Shown: piece after piece, positions 25,701 to 38,389 of the stretch
Position numbering within the stretch: the stretch's first letter is position 1
Layout: every line of letters begins with the position of its first letter
NCBI GenBank assembly: GCA_964016885.1
Contig: OZ024741.1
Span: 3,100,001-3,164,000, forward strand
DNA: 64,000 bases
Direction: 5' to 3'
Origin: Eledone cirrhosa
Taxonomy: Eukaryota
The notes under the pieces: generated by a model
The model's database searches: none
Told to the model about the DNA's origin: nothing
What the model saw: only the letters and a program-made list of their open reading frames with translations
Program-made: the position numbers and the translations under genes

Positions 25701-28700
25701 ACTGTCCAGTTCTCCTCACAGTTTCTTCTCAGAAGACCTTCTGTTTTACAGCTTTCGTCACAGTTTTTTCTCGGAAGACCTTCTACTGTCCAGCTCTCCT
25801 CACATTTCTTCTCTGAAGACCTTTTACTCTCCAGCCCTCCGCACAGTTTCTTCTCTTGAGACCTTCTACTGTCCAGCTCTCTTCACAATTTCTTCTCTAA
25901 AGACCTTCTACTGTCCAGCTCTCCTCACAGATTCTTATATGAAGACCTTCTACTGTCCTGCTCTCCTCATAGTTTCCTCTCTGAAGATCTTCTCCTGTCC
26001 AGCTCTCCTCACAGTGTCTTCTCTGAAGACCTTCTGTTGTCCAGCTCTCCTCACAGTTTCTTCTCTGAAGAGCTTCTGCTGTCCAGCTCTCCTCACAGTT
26101 TCTTCTCTGACGACCTTCTACTGTCCAGCTCTCTTGACATTTTCTTCTCTGAAGACTTCTGCTGTCCAGCCCTCGTCACAGTTTCTTCTCTGAAGACCTT
26201 CTACTGTCCAGCTCTCCTGACAGTTTCATCTCTGAAGACCTTCTCCTGTCCAGCCCTCGTCACAGTTTCTTCTCTGAAGACCTTCTACTGTCCAGCTCTC
26301 CGAACAATTTCTTCTCTGAAGACCTTCTACTGTCCAGCTCTCCTCATCATTTCTTCACTGATGACCTTCTACTGACCTGCTCTCCTCAATGTTTCTTCTC
26401 TGAAGACCTTCTACTGTCCAGCTCTCCTCATCATTTCTTCTCTGAAGACCTTCTACTGTCCTGCTCTCTCAAAGTTTCTTCTCTGAAGACATTCTACTGT
26501 CTAGTTCTCCTCAAAGTTTCTTCTCTGAAGACCTTCTGCTGTCCAGCCCTCGTCACAGTTTCTTCTCTAAAGACCTTCTACTGTCCAGCTCTCCTCATCA
26601 TTTCTTCACTGAAGACCTTCTACTGTCCTGCTCTCCTCAATGTTTCTTCTCTGAAGACCTTCTACTGTCCAGCTCTCCTCATCATTTCTTCTCTGAAGAC
26701 CTTCTACTGTCCAGCTCTCCTCACAGATTCTTATATGAAGACCTTCTACTGTCCAGCTCTCTTCACAATTTCTTCTGTAAAGACCTTCTACTATCCAGCT
26801 CTCCTCACAGATTCTTCACTGAAGACCTTCTACTGTCCAGCTCTCCTCATAGTTTCCTCTCTGAAGATCTTCTGCTGTCCAGCTCTCCTCACAGTTTCTT
26901 CTCTGAAGAACTTCTACTGTCCAGTTCTCCTCACAGTTTCTTCTCTGAAGACCTTCTACTGTCCAGTTCTCCTCACAGTTTCTTCTCTGAAGACCTTCTG
27001 TTTTACAGCTCTCGTCACAGTTTTTTCTCGGAAGACCTTCTACTGTCCAGCTCTCCTCACATTTCTTCTCTGAAGACCTTTTACTCTCCAGCCCTCCGCA
27101 GAGTTTCTTCTCTTGAGACCTTCTACTGTCCAGCTCTCTTCACAATTTCTTCTCTAAAGACCTTCTACTGTCCAGCTCTCCTCACAGATTCTTATATGAA
27201 GACCTTCTACTGTCCTGCTCTCCTCATAGTTTCCTCTCTGAAGATCTTCTCCTGTCCAGCTCTCCTCACAGTGTCTTCTCTGAAGACCTTCTATTGTCCA
27301 GCTCTCCTCACAGTTTCTTCTCTGAAGAGCTTCTGCTGTCCAGCTCTCCTCACAGTTTCTTCTCTGAAGACCTTCATTTGTCCAGCTCTCGTCACAGTTT
27401 CTTCTCTGAAGACCTTCTACTGTCCAGCTCTCCTGACATTTTCCTCTCTGAAGACCTTCTGCTGTCCAGCACTCGTCACAGTTTCTTCTCTGAAGACCTT
27501 CTACTGTCCAGCTCTCCTGACAGTTTCATCTCTGAAGACCTTCTCCTGTCCAGCCCTCGTCACAGTTTCTTCTCTGAAGACCTTCTACTGTCCAGCCATC
27601 CGAACAATTTCTTCTCTGAAGACCTTCTACTGTCCAGCTCTCCTCATCATTTCTTCACTGATGACCTTCTACTGACCTGCTCTCCTCAATGTTTCTTCTC
27701 TGAAGACCTTCTACTGTCCAGCTCTCCTCATCATTTCTTCTCTGAAGACCTTCTACTGTCCTGCTCTCCTCAAAGTTTCTTCTCTGAAGACATTCTACTG
27801 TCTAGTTCTCCTCAAAGTTTCTTCTCTGAAGACCTTCTGCTGTCCAGCCCTCGTCAGAGTTTCTTCTCTGAAGACCTTCTACTGTCCAGCTCTCCTCATC
27901 ATTTCTTCTCTGAAGACCCTCTACTATCCAGCTCTCCTCACAGTTTCTTCTCAAAAGACCTTCTTCTGTCCAGCTCTCCTCACATTTCTTCTCTGAAGAC
28001 CATTTACTGTCCAGCCCTCCGCACATTTTCTTCTCTGAAGACCTTCTACTGTCCAGCTCTCTTCACAATTTCTTCTCTAAAGACCTTCTACTGTCCAGCT
28101 CTCCTCACAGATTCTTCACTGAAGACCTTCTACTGTCCAGCTCTCCTCATAGTTTCCTCTCTGAAGACCTTCTACTGTCCAATTCTCCTCACAGTTTCTT
28201 CTCTGAAGACCTTCTGTTATACAGCTCTCGTCACAGTTTTTTCTCGGAAGACCTTCTACTGTCCAGCTCTCCTCACATTTCTTCTCTGAAGACCTTTTAC
28301 TCTCCAGCCCTCCGCACAATTTCTTCTCTTGAGACCTTCTACTGTCCAGCTCTCTTCACAATTTCTTCTCTAAAGACCTTCTACTGTCCAGCTCTCCTCA
28401 CAGATTCTTATATGAAGACCTTCTACTGTCCAGCTCTCTTCACAATTTCTTCTGTAAAGACCTTCTACTGTCCAGCTCTCCTCACAGATTCTTCACTGAA
28501 GACCTTCTACTGTCCAGCTCTCCTCACAGTTTCTTCTCTGAAGAACTTCTACTGTCCAGTTCTCCTCACAGTTTCTTCTCTGAAGACCTTCTACTGTCCA
28601 GTTCTCCTCACAGTTTCTTCTCTGAAGACCTTCTGTTTTACAGCTCTCGTCACAGTTTTTTCTCGGAAGACCTTCTACTGTCCAGCTCTCCTCACATTTC

Positions 28701-31700
28701 TTCTCTGAAGACCTTTTACTCTCCAGCCCTCCGCACAGTTTCTTCTCTTGAGACCTTCTACTGTCCAGCTCTCTTCACAATTTCTTCTCTAAAGACCTTC
28801 TACTGTCCAGCTCTCCTCACAGATTCTTATATGAAGACCTTCTACTGTCCTGCTCTCCTCATAGTTTCCTCTCTGAAGATCTTCTCCTGTCCAGCTCTCC
28901 TCACAGTGTCTTCTCTGAAGACCTTCTGTTGTCCAGCTCTCCTCACAGTTTCTTCTCTGAAGAGCTTCTGCTGTCCAGCTCTCCTCACAGTTTCTTCTCT
29001 GAAGACCTTCTACTGTCCAGCTCTCTTGACATTTTCTTCTCTGAAGACCTTCTGCTGTCCAGCCCTCGTCACAGTTTCTTCTCTGAAGACCTTCTACTGT
29101 CCAGCTCTCCTGACAGTTTCATCTCTGAAGACCTTCTCCTGTCCAGCCCTCGTCACAGTTTCTTCTCTGAAGACCTTCTACTGTCCAGCTCTCCGAACAA
29201 TTTCTTCTCTGAAGACCTTCTACTGTCCAGCTCTCCTCATCATTTCTTCACTGATGACCTTCTACTGACCTGCTCTCCTCAATGTTTCTTCTCTGAAGAC
29301 CTTCTACTGTCCAGCTCTCCTCATCATTTCTTCTCTGAAGACCTTCTACTGTCCTGCTCTCCTCAAAGTTTCTTCTCTGAAGACATTCTACTGTCTAGTT
29401 CTCCTCAAAGTTTCTTCTCTGAAGACCTTCTGCTGTCCAGCCCTCGTCACAGTTTCTTCTCTAAAGACCTTCTACTGTCCAGCTCTCCTCATCATTTCTT
29501 CTCTGAAGACCTTCTACTGTCCTGCTCTCCTCAAAGTTTCTTCTCTGAAGACATTCTACTGTCTAGTTCTCCTCAAAGTTTCTTCTCTGAAGACCTTCTG
29601 CTGTCCAGCCCTCGTCACAGTTTCTTCTCTGAAGACCTTCTACTGTCCAGCTCTCCTCATCATTTCTTCTCTGAAGACCCTCTACTATCCAGCTCTCCTC
29701 ACAGTTTCTTCTCAAAAGACCTTCTTCTGTCCAGCTCTCCTCACATTTCTTCTCTGAAGACCATTTACTGTCCAGCCCTCCGCACATTTTCTTCTCTGAA
29801 GACCTTCTACTGTCCAGCTCTCTTCACAATTTCTTCTCTAAAGACCTTCTACTGTCCAGCTCTCCTCACAGATTCTTCACTGAAGACCTTCTACTGTCCA
29901 GCTCTCCTCATAGTTTCCTCTCTGAAGATCTTCTGCTGTCCAGCTCTCCTCACAGTTTCTTCTCTGAAGACCTTCTACTGTCCAGTTCTCCTCACAGTTT
30001 CTTCTCTGAAGACCTTCTGTTTTACAGCTCTCGTCACAGTTTTTTCTCGGAAGACCTTCTACTGTCCAGCTCTCCTCACATTTCTTCTCTGAAGACCTTT
30101 TACTCTCCAGCCCTCCGCACAGTTTCTTCTCTTGAGACCTTCTACTGTCCAGCTCTCTTCACAATTTCTTCTCTAAAGACCTTCTACTGTCCAGCTCTCC
30201 TCACAGATTCTTCACTGAAGACCTTCTACTGTCCAGCTCTCCTCATATTTTTCTCTCTGAAGATCTTCTGCTGTCCAGCTATCCTCACAGTTTCTTCTCT
30301 GAAGACCTTCTTATGTCCAGTTCTCCTCACAGTTTCTTCTCTGAAGACCTTCTACTGTCCAGTTCTCCTCACAGTTTCTTCTCTGAAGACCTTCTGTTTT
30401 ACAGCTCTCGTCACAGTTTTTTCTCGGAAGACCTTCTACTGTCCAGCTCTCCTCACATTTCTTCTCTGAAGACCTTTTACTCTCCAGCCCTCCGCAGAGT
30501 TTCTTCTCTTGAGACCTTCTACTGTCCAGCTCTCTTCACAATTTCTTCTCTAAAGACCTTCTACTGTCCAGCTCTCCTCACAGATTCTTATATGAAGACC
30601 TTCTACTGTCCTGCTCTCCTCATAGTTTCCTCTCTGAAGATCTTCTCCTGTCCAGCTCTCCTCACAGTGTCTTCTCTGAAGACCTTCTGTTGTCCAGCTC
30701 TCCTCACAGTTTCTTCTCTGAAGAGCTTCTGCTGTCCAGCTCTCCTCACAGTTTCTTCTCTGAAGACCTTCATTTGTCCAGCTCTCGTCACAGTTTCTTC
30801 TCTGAAGACCTTCTACTGTCCAGCTCTCCTGACATTTTCCTCTCTGAAGACCTTCTGCTGTCCAGCTCTCCTGACAGTTTCATCTCTGAAGACCTTCTCC
30901 TGTCCAGCCCTCGTCACAGTTTCTTCTCTGAAGACCTTCTACTGTCCAGCCATCCGAACAATTTCTTCTCTGAAGACCTTCTACTGTCCAGCTCTCCTCA
31001 TCATTTCTTCACTGATGACCTTCTACTGACCTGCTCTCCTCAATGTTTCTTCTCTGAAGACCTTCTACTGTCAAGCTCTCCTCATCATTTCTTCTCTGAA
31101 GACCTTCTACTGTCCTGCTCTCCTCAAAGTTTCTTCTCTGAAGACATTCTACTGTCTAGTTCTCCTCAAAGTTTCTTCTCTGAAGACCTTCTGCTGTCCA
31201 GCCCTCGTCAGAGTTTCTTCTCTGAAGACCTTCTACTGTCCAGCTCTCCTCATCATTTCTTCTCTGAAGACCCTCTACTATCCAGCTCTCCTCACAGTTT
31301 CTTCTCAAAAGACCTTCTTCTGTCCAGCTCTCCTCACATTTCTTCTCTGAAGACCATTTACTGTCCAGCCCTCCGCACATTTTCTTCTCTGAAGACCTTC
31401 TACTGTCCAGCTCTCTTCACAATTTCTTCTCTAAAGACCTTCTACTGTCCAGCTCTCCTCACAGATTCTTCACTGAAGACCTTCTACTGTCCAGCTCTCC
31501 TCATAGTTTCCTCTCTGAAGACCTTCTACTGTCCAATTCTCCTCACAGTTTCTTCTCTGAAGACCTTCTGTTATACAGCTCTCGTCACAGTTTTTTCTCG
31601 GAAGACCTTCTACTGTCCAGCTCTCCTCACATTTCTTCTCTGAAGACCTTTTACTCTCCAGCCCTCCGCACAATTTCTTCTCTTGAGACCTTCTACTGTC

Positions 31701-34200
31701 CAGCTCTCTTCACAATTTCTTCTCTAAAGACCTTCTACTGTCCAGCTCTCCTCACAGATTCTTATATGAAGACCTTCTACTGTCCAGCTCTCTTCACAAT
31801 TTCTTCTGTAAAGACCTTCTACTGTCCAGCTCTCCTCACAGATTCTTCACTGAAGACCTTCTACTGTCCAGCTCTCCTCACAGTTTCTTCTCTGAAGAAC
31901 TTCTACTGTCCAGTTCTCCTCACAGTTTCTTCTCTGAAGACCTTCTACTGTCCAGTTCTCCTCACAGTTTCTTCTCTGAAGACCTTCTGTTTTACAGCTC
32001 TCGTCACAGTTTTTTCTCGGAAGACCTTCTACTGTCCAGCTCTCCTCACATTTCTTCTCTGAAGACCTTTTACTCTCCAGCCCTCCGCACAGTTTCTTCT
32101 CTTGAGACCTTCTACTGTCCAGCTCTCTTCACAATTTCTTCTCTAAAGACCTTCTACTGTCCAGCTCTCCTCACAGATTCTTATATGAAGACCTTCTACT
32201 GTCCTGCTCTCCTCATAGTTTCCTCTCTGAAGATCTTCTCCTGTCCAGCTCTCCTCACAGTGTCTTCTCTGAAGACCTTCTGTTGTCCAGCTCTCCTCAC
32301 AGATTCTTCTCTGAAGAGCTTCTGCTGTCCAGCTCTCCTCACAGTTTCTTCTCTGAAGACCTTCTACTGTCCAGCTCTCTTGACATTTTCTTCTCTGAAG
32401 ACCTTCTGCTGTCCAGCCCTCGTCACAGTTTCTTCTCTGAAGACCTTCTACTGTCCAGCTCTCCTGACAGTTTCATCTCTGAAGACCTTCTCCTGTCCAG
32501 CCCTCGTCACAGTTTCTTCTCTGAAGACCTTCTACTGTCCAGCTCTCCGAACAATTTCTTCTCTGAAGACCTTCTACTGTCCAGCTCTCCTCATCATTTC
32601 TTCACTGATGACCTTCTACTGACCTGCTCTCCTCAATGTTTCTTCTCTGAAGACCTTCTACTGTCCAGCTCTCCTCATCATTTCTTCTCTGAAGACCTTC
32701 TACTGTCCTGCTCTCCTCAAAGTTTCTTCTCTGAAGACATTCTACTGTCTAGTTCTCCTCAAAGTTTCTTCTCTGAAGACCTTCTGCTGTCCAGCCCTCG
32801 TCACAGTTTCTTCTCTAAAGACCTTCTACTGTCCAGCTCTCCTCATCATTTCTTCTCTGAAGACCTTCTACTGTCCTGCTCTCCTCAAAGTTTCTTCTCT
32901 GAAGACATTCTACTGTCTAGTTCTCCTCAAAGTTTCTTCTCTGAAGACCTTCTGCTGTCCAGCCCTCGTCACAGTTTCTTCTCTGAAGACCTTCTACTGT
33001 CCAGCTCTCCTCATCATTTCTTCTCTGAAGACCCTCTACTATCCAGCTCTCCTCACAGTTTCTTCTCAAAAGACCTTCTTCTGTCCAGCTCTCCTCACAT
33101 TTCTTCTCTGAAGACCATTTACTGTCCAGCCCTCCGCACATTTTCTTCTCTGAAGACCTTCTACTGTCCAGCTCTCTTCACAATTTCTTCTCTAAAGACC
33201 TTCTACTGTCCAGCTCTCCTCACAGATTCTTCACTGAAGACCTTCTACTGTCCAGCTCTCCTCATAGTTTCCTCTCTGAAGATCTTCTGCTGTCCAGCTC
33301 TCCTCACAGTTTCTTCTCTGAAGACCTTCTACTGTCCAGTTCTCCTCACAGTTTCTTCTCTGAAGACCTTCTGTTTTACAGCTCTCGTCACAGTTTTTTC
33401 TCGGAAGACCTTCTACTGTCCAGCTCTCCTCACATTTCTTCTCTGAAGACCTTTTACTCTCCAGCCCTCCGCACAGTTTCTTCTCTTGAGACCTTCTACT
33501 GTCCAGCTCTCTTCACAATTTCTTCTCTAAAGACCTTCTACTGTCCAGCTCTCCTCACAGATTCTTCACTGAAGACCTTCTACTGTCCAGCTCTCCTCAT
33601 ATTTTTCTCTCTGAAGATCTTCTGCTGTCCAGCTATCCTCACAGTTTCTTCTCTGAAGACCTTCTACTGTCCAGTTCTCCTCACAGTTTCTTCTCTGAAG
33701 ACCTTCTACTGTCCAGTTCTCCTCACAGTTTCTTCTCTGAAGACCTTCTGTTTTACAGCTCTCGTCACAGTTTTTTCTCGGAAGACCTTCTACTGTCCAG
33801 CTCTCCTCACATTTCTTCTCTGAAGACCTTTTACTCTCCAGCCCTCCGCACAGTTTCTTCTCTTGAGACCTTCTACTGTCCAGCTCTCTTCACAATTTCT
33901 TCTCTAAAGACCTTCTACTGTCCAGCTGTCCTCACAGATTCTTATATGAATACCTTCTACTGTCCTGGTCTCCTCATAGTTTCCTCTCTGAAGATCTTCT
34001 CCTGTCCAGCTCTCCTCACAGTGTCTTCTCTGAAGACCTTCTATTGTCCAGCTCTCCTCACAGTTTCTTCTCTGAAGAGCTTCTGCTGTCCAGCTCTCCT
34101 CACAGTTTCTCCTCTGAAGACTTTCATTTGTCCAGCTCTCGTCACAGTTTCTTCTCTGAAGACCTTCTACTGTCCAGCTCTCCTGACATTTTCTTCTCTG
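22800..34200 (+). repeat. Young higher-order-repeat domain with 1.6-1.7 kb sub-units and a 3354-bp period
   Basis: ORF pairs 27802/31156, 28116/31470, 28412/31766, 28929/32283 and 29563/32917 are all offset by exactly 3354 bp. Recurring variants include GATTCTTATATGAAGAC, TCTTGAGACC and CTGATGACCTTCTACTGACC. Confidence 0.85.
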
Positions 34201-35395
34201 AAGACCTTCTACTGTCCAGCTCTCCGGACAATTTCTTCTCTGAAGAGCTTCTACTGTCCTGCTCTCCTCATAATTTCTTCACTGAAGACCTTCTACCGTC
34301 CAGCTATCCTCAATGTTTCTTCTCTGAAGACCTTCTACTGTCCAGCTCTCCTCACAGTTTCTTCTCAGAAGACCTTCTTCTGTCCAGCTCCCCTCACAGT
34401 TTCTTCTCTGAAGACCTTCTACTGTCCTGCTATCCTCAATATTTCTTCTCTGAAGACCTTCTACTGTCCAGCACTCCTCACAGTTTCTTCTCTGAAGACC
34501 TTCTACTGTCCAGCTCTCCTCACACTTTCTTCTCTGAAGTTCTACTACTGTCCAGCTCTCCTCACAGTTTCTTCTCTGAAGACCTTATTCTGTCCAGCTC
34601 TCCGCCCAGTTTCTTCTCTGAAGACCTTCTACTGTTCATCTCTCCTCACAGTTTCTTCTCTGAAGACCTTCTACTGTCCAGCTCTCCTCACAGTTTCTTC
34701 TCTGAAGTTCTACTACTGTCCAGCTCTCCTCACAGTTTCTTCTCTGAAGACCTTATTCTGTCCAGCTCTCCGCACAGTTTCTTCTCTGAAGACCGTCTAC
34801 TGTCCAGCTCTCCTCACAGTTTCTTCTCTGAAGACCTTATTCTTTCCAGCTCTCCGCACAGTTTCTTCTCTGAAGACCTTCTGCTGTCCAGCTCTCCTCA
34901 CAGTTTGTTCTCTGAAAACCTTCTACTATCCAGCTCCTCACACAGTTTGTTCTCTGAATTCCTACTACTGTGCAGCTCTCCTCACAGTTTTTTCTCTGAA
35001 GACCTTCTGTTGTCCAGCTCTCCTCACAGTTTCTTCTCTGAAGACCTTCTACTGTCCAGCTCTCCTCACAGTTTCTTCTCTGAAGACCATCTACTGTCCA
35101 GCTCTCCTCATAGTTTCCTCTCTGAAGATCTTCTGCTGTCCAGCTCTCCTCACAGTTTCTTCTCTGAAGATCTTCTGCTGTCCAACTCTCCTCACAGTTT
35201 CTTCTCTGAAGACCTTCTGCTGCCCACCTCTTCTCACAGTTTCTTCTCTGAAGATCTTCTTCTGTCCAGCTCTCCCCACAGTTTCTTCTCTGAAGACCTT
35301 CTACTGTCCAGTTCTCCTCACAATTACTTCTCTGAAGATTTTCTACTGTCCAGATCTCCTCACAGTTTCTTCTCTGAAGACCTTCTGCTGACATC

Positions 35396-38126
35396 AAATT
35401 AGTCGTCTGCTTAGTCAACCCTGATAGAACACATAAACAAGGACCCGCATACTGGAAGCTGAACGTGTCATTGCCGGCACGTTAAGCTTACAGTAAACGT
35501 ATAAGTAGACTAGTCAAGCAACAGTTAACAGGAGCCATCGTCAACAATAGATGGTGGTACTCTCTCAAGAAAGCAATTAGAATAGAATCGATAGGATTTA
35601 GCAGAGAGTTGGCCTTAGAGAAAAACATACTAGAAAGAGAACTAATAAACAAGGCAGAAGAGGCACTTAGAAGTGGCAACGCGGCTAGAGTGTTAGCGTC
35701 GAGAACGGCACTGGACCAGTTCTTCGATGCGAAACACGAAGGCTGCGTGGTCAGAAGCAAAACACGTGCTCTAGGAAACGAAGGAGCGAAAGCTGTCAGC
35801 TGGGCCCGAGTGGCGGAGGCAAAAAGTGGCAACATGTCCACGATTCGGTCTTTGAAAGATCAAAACGGACCCGTGCTACTTGACCTCAAGCAAATGTGCG
35901 CGGCCTTTCAGCAGCACTTTGCGCAACTGTTTCAGCAGAACGACGGTGAGCCGAACGGGGCAATGGACTTTAGTTCATACATCGACGGCCTGCCGCGTCT
36001 CTCGAACACGGACGCTGAGATCTGCGATAGACCAATCACGGGCACTGGGGTACAGGACGCTCTGGGCCGCTGCGGGAAATGCAAGTCACCCGGTCTAGAT
36101 GGTCTACCCTATGAGTTTTACATAGACATGCCGGACTTGTTCTCTGGCGTCCTCGAAGCCGTCTACTGCAATTGGTAGCAGAACGGGAGAATTCCCAGTT
36201 CTGCAGGCAAGGGCGTAGTAACGCTGATCAGGAAAGACGAGAATAAGGGGGACTAAATTAACAACTTCAGGCCCATAACTCTGCTCAACACAGAGTTAAA
36301 GATTTTGGCCAAGGTGCTAGCGACGAGGTTGGCGCTTGTCCTCGAGAACCTGGTAGGGAAAGCGCAAACGTGTGCAATCCCGACCAGGTCCATACACGAC
36401 AACCTCCACCTCATGCGATACATCATAGAGAGGGTGGTAAGTAAACCCGGCTTCGGTGGGGCTCTGATCAGTTTGGATCAGTCTAAGGCATTCGATAGGG
36501 TCGACATCGATACTTGGAAGCGGTTCTCAAGGGGGCCGGTTTCGGTCCCGTGTTTAGAGGCTGGATCGAGGCGATGCACACCAGCATCTGCTCGAGGGTC
36601 AAGGTGAACAGCTACCTATCGGAGCCGTTCGCAATCACGCGTTCCATTCGATAGGGTTGCCCTCTCTCCTCCATTCTGTATGTATTGACTCTAGAGCCAC
36701 TACTGCGAAAATTGGAGCTGTTGCAGGGCATCTCTATAGAACCGGGACTGCGCAAATGGGCGTCGGCCTATGCCGGTAATGGTGTCGAGCACATCGGAAA
36801 TCGGAGTGATCGGCAACTTACTGAAAGAATACGAAACGCTGACGGGAGCAAAACTAAACCCCAAAAAGTCTGTCGGTTTGCAACTCGGTACGTGGAGAGG
36901 CAAACCGATGACGTCCGACAGCGTCATTGGACGCTGGACGGACGGACCAGTGAAATTGCTCGGGGTCTGGTTCGGTCCAGACCTCCAGGTGGAGAAAAAC
37001 TGGAACGAGATCACGGCCAAGGTGTTTGCACTCACTCAGAAGTGGGCAGAGTGCAAACTGTCTTTGAAAGGTCGAGCGGAGGTAGCGAACACTGTCATAG
37101 CGTCCGTCATCTACTACCGTTTGACTGTCGTGCCTTGTCCCCGTGAACACCAAGATGGAATGTATGCTCTTCCAGTTTCTGTGGAAGAAGCAGGCTCCGC
37201 TGGTGAGGAGATCCGTCTGCTGTCAGCACCCTTCCAACGGAGGGTTGGGAATGCCATGGCTGAGGATGCGCAAACATGCGCTGAGGCTGCGGCATCTCCA
37301 GGTATTCCTCACCGACCCCCAACCGGTGTGGGCACCGTTTGTGAGACAGGCTTTCCCACAGCTCGTCTCGCTGATGCAGCTGCAGTTCTGGGTCAAGAAA
37401 AGACCGAAAACGATGGGCGCCTGGCACATTGAATGCGCTCAGGCGCTCACAGTCCTCTGGCAAGCGGGCGCAGCAATCAGTGGAGACTCCACTTCGACAT
37501 TCTATAGAGGGGTTGTACGTTACAAGGGCGACGACGTGCTCGGAGAGACTCTGGGCGTCGAAGACGATGAGCTCACTAGTCTGTTTGGTAGGACTTTCCG
37601 CCCGAGACCTATGGACAACTTCCAGAGGTCCCTGACTTGGCAGTGCTACCGAGGAGCTCTACCGGTTCGTGACAAGATCTACAGGCATGGACGCCCCGGC
37701 AGGGATCCTTCCAAGAGGACGTGTCCAAGATGCGCGCAGGCCATTGAAACAATTGTACACTGCCCGGGCGTAACTGACCTGTGGAACTATGCAGAACAAC
37801 TGCTGTCGCGTATGGGACAAATCCAGTTGACTGCCGAGTCCATAGTAAAGATCTAACCGCCAGCCTCTTTCAAAAACGAAAGAGAGGCGGTTTTCCTCTG
37901 TACGGTGGCTATGGTGAAAGAAGTTATATGGTGGACGAGATTGAGAGGACTGAGGACAGATGCCTTTCTCTCCAGACAACAATTGATTCCCTTCTTTAAG
38001 TATCACTTTAGAAGGAGAATCAGAGTGGAGAGAGAGGCACTGCACCCCAGTAAATTTACTGAAAGGTGGGTGAATGAAGCGAAAATGGCCCGAGTGATTG
38101 GGCCTTCTCTGTTTATAAGCCTGTAG
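35396..38126 (+). pseudogene. Disrupted ORF2 (reverse transcriptase) of LINE copy 1
   Basis: Split among ORFs 35609-36178, 36305-36607, 36770-37432, 37143-37856 and 37905-38126. The YADD motif is lost by a short deletion at about 36775. Confidence 0.9.
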
Positions 38127-38389
38127 GTTGAAGAAGAGAGCAAAAGGAAGAAAGGAGCACTTGCACAACACGATCCTGGAGTTGAAGGTTGTTCTATCGA
38201 CGGGGTATTTAAACAACCCATTTGTGGCGCCTCCCCCTATTGGGGATTTCGATTGTTGTAATTGTTTGTTTTTATATTTTTTACACGACTGTATGTAAAA
38301 TACCCGGCATGTCTTTGTAATGTCCCCTTTTATTGTGCGCCCTTCTGGCAAATAAAGAAATATATCTATCTATCTGTCTACCTATCTAT
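35396..38389 (+). mobile_element. 5'-truncated, decayed Tx1-like (L1-clade) non-LTR retrotransposon, copy 1
   Basis: ORF2 fragments read YWKLN, KSPGLDGLPYEFY, NFRPITLLN, LDQSKAFDRV, LLGVWFG, GGLGMP and a C-terminal CPRC zinc-knuckle region. There are in-frame stops and frameshifts. The 3' UTR has AATAAA at 38351 and a TATC-repeat tail. Confidence 0.92.

Larger units (their letters stand above)
1..35395 (+). repeat. 42-bp tandem satellite array, about 840 monomers, continuing off the left edge of the window
   Basis: Consensus CTCTGAAGACCTTCTACTGTCCAGCTCTCCTCACAGTTTCTT is repeated head-to-tail with point variants and 39-41-bp deletion monomers. The ORF track shows matching 14-aa periodic peptides (SEDLLLSSSPHSFF, LKTFYCPALLTVSS, EGLQRRNCEESWTV). 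Confidence 0.98.

Noticed and set aside
83-35418. Long Ser/Leu/Phe- or Cys-rich ORFs (up to 822 aa) in the satellite
   Set aside because: A 42-bp stop-free unit gives ORFs in three frames automatically. Recurrent 1- and 2-bp deletion monomers switch frames and are amplified in the HORs, so no frame is preserved.
37659-38351. 230-aa minus-strand ORF and other antisense ORFs over the LINEs and the integrase
   Set aside because: These are shadow ORFs opposite recognisable retroelement coding sequence and have no motifs of their own.
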